Shown piece by piece: positions 42,006 to 54,527 of a DNA stretch of 64,000 nt (within the stretch, counting starts at the first letter, position 1; each line of letters opens with the position of its first letter). Made by a program: the position numbers and the translations under genes. Origin of the DNA: the human T2T-CHM13v2.0 reference genome, Homo sapiens; the NCBI RefSeq assembly GCF_009914755.1, contig NC_060926.1; one strand, written 5' to 3'. The notes under the pieces are model-generated. The model worked only from the letters and a program-made list of their open reading frames with translations. It did no database searches and was not told the origin of the DNA.

Positions 42006-42966
42006 ATCAAGAACCAATCAAGACAAATGCAGAGGGGATTCATCCAAGCTCACTGAGGTCAACAGTAAGAGACCAGAACTCAAGTCTTCTGACTGGTCCA
42101 GGGGGGCCTTTCCTTACTAGGGAGAGGACAGGTGACAAACAGCCTCCCGAACTGGCTCCTGAGGAATTGCCCACCCACAGGGCATGTTTAGATACATCTT
42201 TGATCAGGAGTCTTGGTGCGTGCAAAATGCTCTAATCTCTGAGACGTTCTGTGACATAAACTACCCAGCGGGCTTTGCAGATAGGTTTGAAGGAATTCAC
42301 TGTGTTTATAGTTTTCTGGACACGAACAAGGAATTCTGGGCCCAGATCTTCCTCTCTCTGTCTGCTGTCTTCTCCCCCAGCACCCGGAGGTCAGAGCATT
42401 TGCTGACTTCTTTTCATAGGGCTCTGTAGGTGATGTCGTCCTATCAGGAAACACCAGAAATGTCAGCACTCACATAAAAGTGTTTGTCACAGGCGATAAC
42501 CCACATAGTCACTCAAGCACCACAGGACAAAAATAGGCAGAAGGGACTTTTGAAATTCTTTAGGGGCAGATAGGCGGTAAGTGGGCTTCGCACTCTCTCC
42601 TCAGCATCCTCACACACTGTTAAGAACCAGCTTCGAACATGGCGCCTGGTGAAGCCAGACATTCTCCATTAAGGGCTCTCAGGTTCCTTCCTGACCCAAC
42701 TCCAGGCAGCACACTCTCGCTCACATCCATTATGTTCGTATCGTCATGATAATTCTGTGGAGTGTGATTTCTCTCTACTTTGCAGCTTGGAAACTGAGGC
42801 TCAGAAATATCTGATTCCCCCTATTCAATTGTGCAGTCTACATTGATTGAGTGCTGACAGTCGAGGCTTTGAGCCAAGAATGGAGATATGCTACAGTTTT
42901 GGACAACCTTCATAGAGTCCATAGTCAGATACAAAGGTCAATAGATAAATACCATGCGGTGTGGGC

Positions 42967-43604
42967 TGTGCCAGTCATTGACTTGTGTCTCTCAGCCAAG
43001 CCCATTCCATATTCTGAGATGATGGGGCTGGGAGTCTGAGAACCACATTCCCCAGAATCCTTTGCTAGCAGGTTAGACTCCCAGGTGGGATCAAGGGGAC
43101 GCCCTTCCCATTCTTCCACCTCTCAAAGGAGCAGTACAGAGCTCCAGCCACTCAGGGTTTGTGGCAACCTAGACACAGCTGTGCCCTACAGTGCACTCTG
43201 AGCAGCAGCCGTCCAGGTGTGAGGAGGCCCTCTGAGGAGCCAGTGCTGCCTATGAAAGTGTCCCCTGTCCACTCAGAGATTCAAGCACCAACTGTGCAGG
43301 ACCCTCGAGGAGGCCCTGGCCACAGACACGTGGCAGCTGCTTGGCGGTCAGAGCACCTGCCCCCCACACTCCCCTTCTCTGAACTTCTAGGTCCTGGTAA
43401 CCCCACCTCTTCCCTTTTGTTCCCTCAACCCTAGAGCTAGTAATGGCTCTCTCAAGTCACAGATCTCTGAGTAAATGCAGTGCTAATTTTAAAAAACCTT
43501 TTCAGTCTTCCCACACCTGTAGCACACATCTCCTGTATTAAATCCCCTCTGGTTGGAATAACCTCTCACGGCTCCTGGGTCCTCTCTGGACCCCGAATGA
43601 TTCA
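42967..43604 (+). mobile_element. LTR33/LTR50-like solo LTR (ERVL)
   Basis: TGTGCCAGTCATTGA start, GATGATGGGGCTGGGAGTCTG, CCTGTATTAAATCCCCTCTG poly(A) region, TGATTCA end. Confidence 0.75.
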
Positions 43605-43609
43605 GGTCA

Positions 43610-44150
43610 GCTCAACCTGGGGAAGACCTTCTTGGGAAAGTGACAAAGCTGAGAAGTGGAGAGTGAACAGGACACAGCCAGGCAAAGAGAGAAGGGAGAG
43701 TGCGGCAGGAAGAAGGAAAAGGGTGTGCAAAGGCTCTGCGGTGTGAACACACTTCTGCCATTACAGGAGCCGTGAAAAGGCCTCTGCAGCTGGAGTGGGG
43801 GCAGTGTGGCACCTGATGAGGCTGAAGGGGTGTGCTGAGGGGGGCCTCATAGGCAGGGCCTAGCCATGGTTGTATGTGGGGTGCCCTGTCTTTCCTAGGG
43901 TGGTGCCATGGCACGAATGACCTCTCTGAAGGTGTGTCATGCAGTTCCCTTGCCTGTGGGTCACAGAAAACATTGGATCTAATCTCAAGAGTAGTGGATT
44001 TTGAATGGGAGAGGTGCAGGGTGTGATTTGTATTTGTAAAGGGCAACTTTACCTGCTGTGTAGAGAACACATTGCAGCGAGGCCAAGTGGAACTGGAAGT
44101 GGTTGTAGCAGTTTGTGCAGGAAGAGATAGGGAGGAATGGGGCCGGAGCA
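43610..44150 (-). mobile_element. L2 remnant
   Basis: GGGAAGACCTTCTTGGGAAAGTGAC, GTGTGCAAAGGCTCTG. Confidence 0.6.
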
Positions 44151-45886
44151 GCATGGGGCTCCCTGGCTCTCTGACCTGGAGGCAGTCACTTCCTCTTTCT
44201 GTTTAACCAGCTATAAAAGGAGGAGGCTGGGCCAGGGCAAGGATTTTTCAGCTGGAGTCTAAGTCCTCTGAGGGGGGTCTATGGATGGGGGTCAAGGGGT
44301 GGGAGAGACTCTGAGATTGTACACAAATGGTTGGACCTATGTCCACAGATGCCTTTTTCCCTCAGGGAAAAGGGTTCTTGACTTTCAGCACATTCTCTGT
44401 GAGGTAACAGCCACAGAGTTTTAAGCCACTCATCTAACAATCTGGAAAGGCACTTGCAGCTCAAATTGCCAATGGCTTGCGATTCTGGACCTTCCCAGTG
44501 AGTCATGCATTCTTAAAGTGTTCCTGCTGGCTGTTAAAGTTTGTGAGGAAGGGGAGGGGACCCTGACACCATCTGGAGGCAGGGTGACATGCCCATGGAG
44601 CTGCTCCAAGCACAGGTACAGAGGTAATCCACTCATGGTGGCCTTTCTGAGCAGCAGGCTGGAGGCACCATTTCACTTGATCATTGACACAACCCAATGA
44701 GGCAACAGGCATTGACACCCACTTCGTTACCTGTGCAAAGGCTCCCCGAGGCCACCACGCCACCCTACTCTCTCACATCACAGCCAGGGCTGCCTTTAGG
44801 AGCGCCCCATGTTTGCCTTCTGCCATCCCCACCTTCCAGCGCTCCTCGCCCCTGACCAGTGCCCTCTGACACCTCTTTCCATCTCCCCTCTCTTCGGAAA
44901 CAACGGAGTTCTCTGGAAAAATAAAATGTAAAATCAGACTCACTCTCAGTCACACGAATTGGGGTCACTGTGTCCAATTTCCAAAGGGAAATGTTAGCTT
45001 CATGCTGCAGTGAGACTGGAAATGCCATTCCTTTCTGAAAAAGTGGGTCAGGCACCAGAACATGTTACAGGGACTGGGGTCTTTACAGGGCGCCCCTGGA
45101 ATCCCTGAGGGCAGGGCCACAGCTGGCTCTCGCATGCGTGCCCACCCTGTGCTGCCGGCCCAGCCCACGGGCTCCATCCTCCAACCCAGGCCAAGGCAGA
45201 AAACCAGATGCCTTTCCTATGTCTCCAGCGTGTCCCATCTTGCTAGGATTTTTCACATTTTTCTGTGGAAGCCCTTTATGGTCTGTGACCCTGGCCACTG
45301 CTGAGCCAAAAAGACAACAGATTTATGGCAGGCCTGGAGAGCAACAATCCATGGATGCATTTTCCCTGCTTTCAGTCAGTAATTTATTTTTAAATGATCT
45401 TTCTGTTATTTATGGGTCTCGCTGACTCCGATGGCCAGGGTGAACTGCATCTTATCAGACTAGCAAAACTAACTGGATTAAAGGGCATCCCTCACATGTC
45501 ATCAAAAGGAGGACTAAGAACCCCGATGTCTCAGAAGTGCAGCTGAACTGGTTCATCTCCTTTTGTCCCTGAACAGCGATGTGAGCTCAGGCCAATGCCT
45601 TTGGGCCATGGGGTCAAACCTTCGCGGCTCCTCAGTGTTGAGGGCACCAGGCATGACAGCCGACTTCCTGCCTTGTAAAGTGGGGCTCAGGACACCCGCC
45701 ACAGACGCTTATAGTGACAGTAGGGGAAGTCGTAGGGAACACCTGGTACATCTAATACTCAATAAATGCTACCTGTGTGATTATTATGGCCTTCTTTACC
45801 TTGTCCTCATCTCCCCTCTGGGAATACACCACTCAGAACCCAGGATGAAAAGATAATCATCTTTATATGGGGCTTGACCACTTCTA

Positions 45887-46251
<365 letters not shown>

Positions 46252-47149
46252 AATAAACACACTTGGAATCCTGTACCCTGATGTTGGAATAACATGGGAA
46301 GACAAGAAGACCAGGATGGCAGTTTATTTCTCTCCCAGAAATGAAGATCCGCTTCCACTCCAGCGTAATTACAGTTTAGCAGGGCCTTGTCTGAGGCTGA
46401 GGATTCTCGCAAGTACACAACTGTCTATTGTTCTCCCTAGCTCGTTACCATGGTGATCTAATTAAAGCTGCATCCAATGCTGCCAGCCCATAGGTATGGG
46501 CTGCGCGTGCAGCTCCTAGTGGCCAGGGGCGCGTGGCCTGCCCCTCTTGAGGCACCTTCCCAAATCCTCAACGAGAGCTGGTTGTCTGGGATGGGACACA
46601 AAAAATGCCTTCCGTTTAGGGACAAGCTGTGGGTTAAATGCTACTCCCCGCATGTTCAGAAAGGTGCTGCAGGCTTGCTTTGGGACCTTGGGAAGTGGCT
46701 TCATACACTTCATTCTCAGTTTCTTCGCGTATAACAGGAATGACAATATCTGCTTTGTACAGAAAAGAAAAGATTTGTGGAAGGACCTTGAGGGAAAATG
46801 CAAGCAAGCCTGCTCGTGGCTGTCATCCTTCCGCTGCACTCTGTTGCAGTGGCAGGAACATGGCGGGGGTGAGGAAGGAAGGCTGGACAGGCTCAGGTCC
46901 AAACTGCTGTCCCGAGGCAGCTGGGAGCTGCCTCACAGACCTCTTACCTGGTCTGTACGATGGGGACAACCGTAGTCAGCTCACGTGGCTATGAAGATGC
47001 AACAAGATATGTGAAGTCCCTGGCACATGCTGGGCATACCACCGCCTCCCAGTAAATGCCAGGCCAATGGAAGGACAATTCAGTGTCAGCTCCCCAATAC
47101 AGGAGCCAGCAGCCCACACGATGCCATGATGAAGCATGCCACCTGATGG

Positions 47150-47330
47150 GCAAGAGCATGGGCTCTGAGTTCAAATCCTTGTGACTGTGACCCTGGGCAA
47201 GTCACTTAATTTCTTCATGCCTCTAGTCTTGTTTGTAAAATGAATATAACAGTGTTGGAGCTGGAGTTAAATGATGACAAAAATGGATTATGCCTAGAAT
47301 ATATTTGATACTGAATTGGAGGTAAACTCC
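47150..47330 (+). mobile_element. MIR
   Basis: AAGAGCATGGGCTCTG, TGTGACCCTGGGCAAGTCACTTAA. Confidence 0.75.
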
Positions 47331-47429
47331 TGTCCTCCTGTTCTGTCCAGGCCCAGGGCACAATAGGCCTCCTCCCTGTTTGGATCCAGTGCTCAGCCCT
47401 TTCATTTCACAAGCATGCTCCCCGTGAGG

Positions 47430-47840
47430 GAGCACTGTGTAGGTACGACCATACACATGTGGTGTCTACTTTAATCTTAAGATTCAGCCTATGATATGAG
47501 CACTATTGTAGCCCCAGTTTTTGGAAGGATAGACAGAGATTTAGGCAGGTAAGGTGACTTGTCCAAGGTAACACCACCTGTAAGTGATGGAACTGGGATT
47601 TGAGCTGAGGCAGTCTGACCGCCTTGCCCTGGGCTTATGCTTCCTAACCACTATCCTCTGCTGCCCCTCACTGGATTGTCATTGAAAGCCTGTGAAGTAG
47701 GCATGAGGATCCCCATCTAAGCAGATGAGTGAACAGGCCAGGAGAAAAGACCGGGTCTTTCAGTGCCCCAAAGCTGGCCAGTAGTAAGGGCAGGACCTAT
47801 ATGTTGGCCTCATCCCAATTTCAAGGGCAAATGCTCTCCT
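47430..47840 (-). mobile_element. Two MIRs (~47430-47660, ~47680-47840)
   Basis: GGTGACTTGTCCAAGGT, CTGGGATTTGAG, CTTCCTAACCACTAT; CCCCATCTAAGCAGATGAG. Confidence 0.65.
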
Positions 47841-48549
47841 ATCTCATTGCCTTGAACCAGGCTTTGGGATCATCACTGAAACTGGCAAACCATCCAGTTA
47901 GCCATCCCTCGCTTAGGTCTTCCCCATGACAACGTCTTCCATCCCTCGCCTCTCCTCACCACTTCCCTTAGCATTCCTGGGGTCCTGTGTGAATCAGGCA
48001 GTGTGTCGGGGACATGTGCTACTGATTATTTCCCCGGCTTATCAAAGGCCTGATCTCTTTCCTTGTAGCCAGAGCAGCTCAACACCTCGTCCACACACCA
48101 CAGCCCTCATTTCCTTTTTATGAAGATTGGGGAGCAAAAACATTTCAAAGGCTACCAATTAAATGAACCCTGCCGTGCCCATAACCACAGTGCCCCTTTA
48201 GAGAGCCGGAGAGTTACAGAGTCAGTAACTGACAGGCCAGCACATGTGGTCTTTATGATCCTGCAGTTCTTCTCCCAAGATGTTGGCTGCTTTCCCTTCA
48301 TTCTTGATGCCCTGAGTTCTGCCCAGTCAGTCCAAGGGACAGGGCTCCACCTGGCATATTTCCAACTGGCTTGTGCAAATCATGTGTGCCCACCTACAGG
48401 CCTTGAATGCTCCACAGTCCAGGAGCCTGTCCTTTATCAGGGAGCTTTATCAGGGAGGAAGCTTTATTGGGGAGGAAGACCAGGTTCTGCACGCTTAACT
48501 GCATGCCTAAGCCTGATTGTCCTAAATCCCCTGGATAGCCCAAGAGCCT

Positions 48550-49525
48550 TCTGTTTCTCTCCACTCCATCTCCATTGCTCAATTCAGACCTCACTATCTT
48601 CCCTCTGGTATGTTACAACTGTCCCATAAATGATGCCCCTTCCTCCACCAACTCTGACTGCAATCTACCCTTTCCATGACCACCAAAGGGATCTTTCAGA
48701 GAAGGTAAGTTTTTTATTTTTTATTTATTTATTTATTTATTTTTGAGACAGGGTCTTACTCTGTGACCTAAGCTGAAGTGCAGTGGTGCAATCACGACTC
48801 ACTGCAGTCTCAGGTTATCCTTCCACCTCAGCCTTCCTAGTAGCTAGGACTACAGGTGCACCACTATGCCTGCCTACTTTTTGTATTTTTTGTAGAAATG
48901 AAGTTTCACTGTGATGTCCAGGCTGATGTCAAACTCCTGGGCTCATGTAATCTGCCCACCTCGGCCTCCCAAAGTGCTGGGATTACAGGTGGCACTTAAG
49001 TCTTCGCTGCCATATTCGAAGTCCTGTAATGACTCCCTATTGCCTATAGCACAGAGGTGAATCTTCTTAGGTTGGCATACAAGACTCTGTGATGCAGTTT
49101 TTGCCTGTTTTTCTAAATCTTCCTCTCCCTAATTTAAACTCTTTACTCCAGCAACATGGAACAGTAAGAAGTTCCCTGTACACACCTGCATACCACCACA
49201 CTGCCTATTGATGCCCTTCTGAGCTCTCCTTCACAAAACCACTTCTATTTATTCCGATATACAGTCCAGGCATCACCTCCAGTGGAAGATGACTCCACGA
49301 TCACCCAAGCTCACAGCCCCACCTCGGTGCTTTTGTATACTGGTGGGCCCCTTTCCATAAGCAAACATTCTTTTACACCCTAATGATCTGATTTCTTATT
49401 CTTTGGTTCTGGTAGACAGACGGACTTCTGAAAGTAGGCATTTTACCTTCTTTATTTTGTCATCTGGGTGTCTCAATCAGTTGCTGGCTCAGAGTAGACA
49501 CTCAATAAGAGTCTGTTGAACTGAG
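48550..49525 (+). mobile_element. L2, split by AluJ
   Basis: AATGACTCCCTATTGCCTATAG, AGTAGACACTCAATAAGAGTCTGTTGAA terminus. Confidence 0.65.
48710..48991 (-). mobile_element. Alu (AluJ), partly deleted
   Basis: GAGACAGGGTCTTACTCTG and AAACTCCTGGGCTCA J diagnostics; 5' ~20 nt missing. Confidence 0.92.
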
Positions 49526-49684
49526 CCAAGATTGAGTTGGCTCAGGGAAAAAGGAACGGCTGGCAGCCTTGAGAGAAGATCTTTACCTCTTTGGGCTAAA
49601 CTGTGTGTTTCATTGATCTTGAATGAGAAGCCAATGAAGGAGTTCACATGTCTGCTCCCAAGGAGGCTGCTTGACAAAACAGCA

Positions 49685-49721
49685 GTGTGTGTGTGTATAT
49701 GTGTGTGTGTCTGTGTGTGTG
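49685..49721. repeat. Interrupted (TG)n
   Basis: Read directly. Confidence 0.9.
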
Positions 49722-52700
49722 ATTTTTATCATCTTAATCTGAAAACAAGAATGGGCCAAGCCTTGTAGGATTCGGATCACATGCCTTAGTGCATGTCTTT
49801 GGGTTGGAAGCATCTTCTTCAACACTTCTATTACTTGCTAGAGGAATACACCAGGGAAGAGACATCGTCCCCTGAGGGTGGCGTATTTGGAGCTCAACTC
49901 AATACAACCACCATAGAATGAACATTTGCTATAAGTCCCACCAGGGAATGAGCCACACATAGAGGAGGTCTTGGGTAGCAAAGAGTGAATCATTCCCGAA
50001 CTCTGCCTGCAGATGATCATAGTCAGGGGCAGGATCAGAAGATGGTGTAGATAATTGTAATAACAGGGGATGATGCCATGATCCAGGGAAACTCAAGGGC
50101 CTGAAGGATAGCCTCTGAGTCTGACTGTGTGGTTGAGAGGAAGAGGCTCCCATGCTCATTTTCCAAGGACTGCCAGAAATTAACCAGGGGAATGGGCAGA
50201 GGGAGCTGCTGCTTAGCCAGCAGACAGGCTGTGCTGCTGTGTACAATGTGCCCTGCTGCTTTGAGAGGCCACAGATCACCCAGTCAGTCTGTCCCCCATA
50301 CAGAGACAGGTTCCCTCTGCATCTTCCCTAATAGCCTGGCCTCCAGGCCACTTTCTGCACTAGGGTCACTGCTAATGCTAAGCCAGGACTTACCCTTCAA
50401 GCCATGCCCTCTAGATCATTGCTTTTAAAGCAAAGAGGAAAATGGAAAGATTTTGCAGCTGTAGCTGGAGAAGAGAAATGATGATAAGGCCATCCCTGGG
50501 TTCCCCTGTGAGTTTTATCATATATGAGCTGCCTGACTTTGGTTAAGTCCCCTCACATCTGGCCTTTGGGAAGATTTGATGAGAATCTCCTTCTGGCCAC
50601 GTTTTCTGCAAGAAAGCCCTGTCCCTGGGCTGGGCATAAAGACCCAGCTTGGGGTGGAGGGGAGTCTGACATTTTGGACACTGGCACTGAGGACTGGGGG
50701 AGGGTGGCCTCACCTGGATTTCCTGTGCAGATCAAGCAGGCCTGCAACACGGTGGGGGCGTTTCAGGTTGGACAGTTGCTGCAGACACAAAGCCTCAGAA
50801 TTACCCTGCAATGCACACAGGTCACGAGCAATAAAACGCCTTTTAAAATGTCATCTGCTGAACTGCAGATTCCAACTAATAAATCCCCGTGACCTGGAGG
50901 TACCTGGGGTCAAACATTTGCAATATGGCCCCTGGAGCTGCCCTGCTCCCTGGAAGATGGGCCGGCTTTATGAGCTTGCTGTTTGATGGTTGCCATAGAG
51001 GCCAGCACATCCACCTGGGATGGGGGGTGGGGAGAAGACAGAGACTCAGTAACATGTTGTAATTACCCAACATCCTAGTGAATCATGTGTCAGCACCCAC
51101 AGTTGGGGAAAAATTGGGAGCTGTTGCTCTCCAAGGACCAGCTCTGTAATCTATAAAACAATGAGATCACCATCTGGGCTAGGGGAAATGGAGACAGGGC
51201 TCGGCTCTGTTCTCAAAGTAAAGGAAGGGAAGAGAAAAAAGATAATGATAGCAACAGAGAGGCTGCTGCCTCTGGCATGGAAGGAAGCTGAGTCTGTCCG
51301 TCCATTGTGCTGCACTCGACTTCCCGACGGCTCTTGGGCATAGGCCTCAGTGCCCCCTGTGCCAGATGATGACAGTGCAGCTCCGAGGGCTCATTTCACT
51401 CTCCCAGGCTGCTCTGAAAAGGGGACTGTCTGGGCCTTTCTGGCTCTTTCCTCAGTGCTGCTCCTCCCTGAAGATAGTGCTTTCCAGTGCACAGGCCATT
51501 TTCCCTCCTGTGGGGAACAGTCCTTTCCCACAGAGAACAGGGAGGTCATTCCTCTCATTTTACAGATGAAAAGTGGAGGCTTGGAGAGTGGAGAGACGAC
51601 GAATTGAACCAAATTTTACAAGATGATTGGGTTTGGGGTAAGCTGAAAGGCACAGGGGGCATCCCAGGTGGTGAAAGCAGTGCACACAGCCTCGAGTGAC
51701 CGGCACCCGAGGTGTACTGGGCTCCAGCAGAAACAGTGCTTTGGCTGGAGGGAAGTGTATCCAGTGTTCTCTCTCAGGGAGCAAGGCTCTCTGGCTTTGG
51801 TACTACACACAAGATTTCAGATTCTCATAAAATCACCTTTGGGGGTGCTCCTAGATACACCCTTAGAAGCCAGATGGCTCGTCTGCAGCCTGACACTCAG
51901 GACAGGCCACCATCTGATCACCGCTTCTCTCTCCAGACACTCCCCTTGCTGAGAACTTCGGCCAGGTCTCACTGCCCCACATGTCACCTCATTCTGTCCA
52001 GGGTGTGACCCCCTCTTCCTTCGCCCTTCCCACTGCTCCTGTCCTAGAGAATCCTGCCTCACCTTCAAGGCCCAAACCCCAATGCCTCCAGGAAGCCCAT
52101 CTGGATTGCTAACTCTCTGAGTCCCTCCACACAGTGACTTACCAAATAAAAACAGCTTCTCTTTTTTTTTTCCCCATTAGGAACTGAGCCTCATAATAAA
52201 CATAAATGACAACTTACATATAACATGTATAATTTATACATAAACCGCTTTTTTTCTCTTCTGACTTTATGATGTCCTTATCTACTGAATTTGTAATCTT
52301 TGCTCTATTCATGTTGCGTAGATACTGGGTCTAGCTCAGTGGATGCTGCTATAAAGGCCAAGAAAAAGAAAAGGAAGAGCTGACCACATCTTGATGCTTG
52401 GTGATGTGATAATATCATTGCAGTGCTTTATGCTTACTGCAGAAAATAAGGAAACCAGCTCTCATGTTGGTGTCTGATTGTTCCAATGTAATGAGTCCCC
52501 TGAGAGGAAAGCTCTAGCTTACTGCAACAGTCGTGGTTTCATGCAATACTGAGAAAGTGCTAGTGTGTGTATATCTAACATAGAAAAGCACTCACTACAT
52601 TTACTCTTCTGTTTTCTGCTTTTGTTCTGATCATTGTCACCTCAATTAAACATACAGCTCTTTGGGGGTCCCAGACCCTGGCTCCCCATGGCCCCAGGAG

Positions 52701-53210
52701 TCCTGGAAATAGTACATGCTCCATGCATTCTGGTTGGAGTTCTCTTTTGTTGCTGCTGCAAAGAGGAAGGAGCAAAATGATCACAGTAGCTCTTCCTAGT
52801 GGAAGTGACTAAGGTGTAGAGATGCCTTACAATTTGTATGTAAATGTCGTGGGTTAAAGCTGACTTCGCCACAGGGGAATATTGACAGGGCTTTAAAAAT
52901 AATGACCCAGCTAATTAATGGTGAAATAGAATAGGGTTCCTGGAGATGTCCTCAGGATCTTTTCATTCAGAGCATAAATAGGAAATCAGAGTGGCCAAGT
53001 GAGCTGGTGCCTGGCACTTGGCTTCTGCGCAGGGAAGTGGAAGCACAGGTGATATCGCTTTGTTTCCTGTCTGTGACTTTGGAGCTGTGAGGTCACTGGG
53101 CACAAGGTCCATGTGATGTGATCCCAGACAAAGCACAGTTTCTTAGTTCAGGAGTGAAATAAGTGGGTGGAAAGAGTCCTCCATTGGGACCAAAGAGACG
53201 CATGTTTTAG

Positions 53211-53808
<598 letters not shown>

Positions 53809-54029
53809 TAGCTGTTTCTCCTTAGACCTGGATGGTAGGTGGATGATTTTAAAGAGCCAGGAAAGCCCCGTGTGCAGAAGACTGCATGCATGGCCCACCT
53901 TTCCAGGAAGCTTTTCCTTCGTAGCCCAGCCCACCCTGAGCTCTCCCATCTCCATTTTTTATTGTCTGTTTATATTGCTTTTGTATTTTCAGCAAGGTCA
54001 TGAATCATTTCATGAATCTGGATTTGACG

Positions 54030-54180
54030 TTAGGAAACTTAGGTTCTAGAGAATTGCACTATTTACTGTGACTGGGACAAGTCACTGAAACACTCTTAGC
54101 CTCAGTATCCACATCTAAACTATGGGGATAACCATACTTTTTGGCTTTGTTTTGAGGATCAAAAGTGTTCTCATGTTGGT
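54030..54180 (+). mobile_element. MIR
   Basis: ACAAGTCACTGAAAC, GCCTCAGTATCCACATCTAAACTATGGGGATAA. Confidence 0.75.
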
Positions 54181-54309
54181 GGCAAAAGCCCAGTTCTGGG
54201 GTACAGTGGATACTCCTGAAGTGCCAAAGCATGGCACACAGAGCTCTTTCCTCAGGAGTCCTGGCCTAGCTGAGGGCCTTCTCTCCTTCCTTTCTCCAGT
54301 GATCTAGAC

Positions 54310-54527
54310 CAGAGGTGTCCAGTTTTTGGCTTCCCTGGGCCACATTGGAAGAAGAATTGTCCTGGGCCACGCAAAAAATACACTAACACTAATGATAGCT
54401 GATGATCTAAAAAAAAAAAATTGCAAAAACATCTCATAATGTTTTAAGAAAGTTTAGATTTGTACTGGGCCGCATTTAAAGCCGTCCTAGGCCCCTCGGG
54501 CTGTGGGTTGGAGGGTTGGGCAAGCCC
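54310..54527 (+). mobile_element. MER30
   Basis: TTTTGGCTTCCCTGGGCCACATTGGAAGAAGAATTG, AATACACTAACACTAATGATAGCTGATGA. Confidence 0.93.

Noticed and set aside
43612-44154. 180-aa minus-strand ORF
   Set aside because: Overlaps a degenerate L2 remnant; no recognisable domain or gene structure
46477-48629. Cluster of 85-169 aa ORFs
   Set aside because: Overlapping on several frames and both strands, no recognisable motifs, interleaved with MIRs; expected by chance
52155-52202. Acceptor-like tract followed by AATAAA (similar arrangement at 60750-60803)
   Set aside because: The implied terminal exon would be implausibly short, and such motifs are frequent by chance
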